A DNA stretch of 36,886 nucleotides from Mollicutes bacterium. GTDB taxonomy: Bacteria; Bacillota_I; Bacilli_A; RF39; UBA660. The stretch is from assembly GCA_012841205.1 (NCBI GenBank), contig DUVE01000007.1:1-36886 (forward strand), in the 5' to 3' direction. Below, in pieces: positions 36,302 to 36,886 of this stretch (positions are counted from its first letter, which is position 1; each line of letters opens with the position of its first letter). A model generated the notes under the pieces. It was not told the DNA's origin, searched no databases, and worked only from the letters and a program-made list of their open reading frames with translations. The translations under genes and the position numbers were made by a program.

Positions 36302-36330
36302 TTGACAATGATCTTCATATATGATATATT
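36302..36330 (+). promoter_or_regulatory. promoter of pilin paralog 3 (TTGACA-17-TGATATATT)
   Basis: TTGACA at 36302-36307, a 17-nt spacer and TATATT at 36325-36330 with a TGn extension. The -10 and leader are homologous to those of paralogs 1 and 2. Confidence 0.6.
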
Positions 36331-36355
36331 TAATTCATGATAGGAGGAAGTAAAA

Positions 36356-36772
36356 ATGAAAAATAACAAAGGTTTTACATTAGTAGAATTATTAGCAGTA
36401 ATTGTAATTTTAGCAATTATATTAGCAATAGCAGTACCAGGAATATCTAAAATTATAGAGGGGTCAAAGAAAGGTGCTTTTGAAGCTGACGCTAAGATGC
36501 TTATAACAGGAATTAATTATAATAATCTAGAGGCATCTTTTGGAGAAGGCGACCCAATTAAAGAAGGCGATATTCTTACACCTGCTAAAATAGAAGAATT
36601 AGGTGGTACTAAAACAAACTATGAGACAGTAAAAGTGGTTTCTTTATCACCAGTTACAATTTGTGTTGAAACACTATCAGATAGTAAGTTTGGTGCACAA
36701 AAAGCTATTGTAACAAAAAGTGGAATTGATGATACAAAAACAGTAACTACTTGTGCTGCTTATGGTGAGTAA
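36356..36772 (+). CDS. type IV pilin-like protein, paralog 3
   Basis: MKNNKG|FTLVELLAVIVILAIILAIAVPG with RBS TAGGAGGA. Two Cys (ICVE...TTCAAYGE) could form a C-terminal disulfide loop. Confidence 0.8.
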   Translation: MKNNKGFTLVELLAVIVILAIILAIAVPGISKIIEGSKKGAFEADAKMLITGINYNNLEASFGEGDPIKEGDILTPAKIEELGGTKTNYETVKVVSLSPVTICVETLSDSKFGAQKAIVTKSGIDDTKTVTTCAAYGE

Positions 36773-36886
36773 TAATTAAATTAAAATAAGAATAAAAGAT
36801 AGGTTCTTTGTCAAATAGTGTTGGTGAGACCAAAAACTAATGATAATGAATTAAATTTATCGCAGGTCAAGACGCAAGTCTTGATC

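Noticed and set aside
36866-36885. Hairpin TCAAGAC-GCAA-GTCTTGA (GNRA-like loop) at the extreme 3' end of the window.
   Set aside because: It is cut by the window edge, so the context is unknown and it cannot be assigned to a terminator, RNA gene or repeat.
1-36886. Search for mobile elements, prophage or defence islands, rRNA/tRNA genes and known riboswitch cores.
   Set aside because: I recognised no transposase, integrase or recombinase motifs, no inverted-repeat termini, no cloverleaf-compatible tRNA sequences and no familiar riboswitch consensus. The gene content is core housekeeping with conserved synteny.

Overview
AT-rich (about 30% G+C by eye) chromosomal segment of a low-GC Gram-positive bacterium (Bacillota), standard code 11. 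It holds about 40 protein genes, mostly on the + strand and tightly packed. I found no rRNA, tRNA, CRISPR array, transposase or integrase. Gene order is a compacted version of several Bacillus subtilis neighbourhoods: holA; lexA <> small SOS gene, tkt, sirA-like, yneF; def; uvrC; lspA-rluD; rnhC <> cvpA-trxA; rpsP-khpA; and cdsA-rseP fused directly to fmt-rlmN-prpC-prkC-rsgA-rpe. This is mostly housekeeping core genome. Items worth a second look: (1) Two different class III anaerobic ribonucleotide reductase modules (nrdD+nrdG) sit in tandem. (2) A decayed nrdR relic lies exactly between them, with one frameshift, two in-frame TAA stops and no N-terminal half. (3) A self-contained LexA-box promoter, 44-codon membrane mini-ORF and terminator lie divergent from lexA, a positional analogue of YneA/SosA-type SOS division inhibitors. 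(4) A Cheo-box-like site and phased A-tracts precede the first nrdD. (5) Three separately promoted type IV pilin-like paralogs follow rpe, with no assembly genes in the window. The middle copy is frameshifted and a 16-bp tandem repeat carrying TTGACA precedes the third. (6) A terminator-bounded two-gene cassette of unknown role encodes a membrane DUF4474-like protein and a metallophosphoesterase. (7) Several uncharacterised membrane proteins are present, including a CDP-alcohol phosphatidyltransferase with a 97-aa charged tail. All family assignments rest on motif reading and memory of family sequences; no database search was possible.
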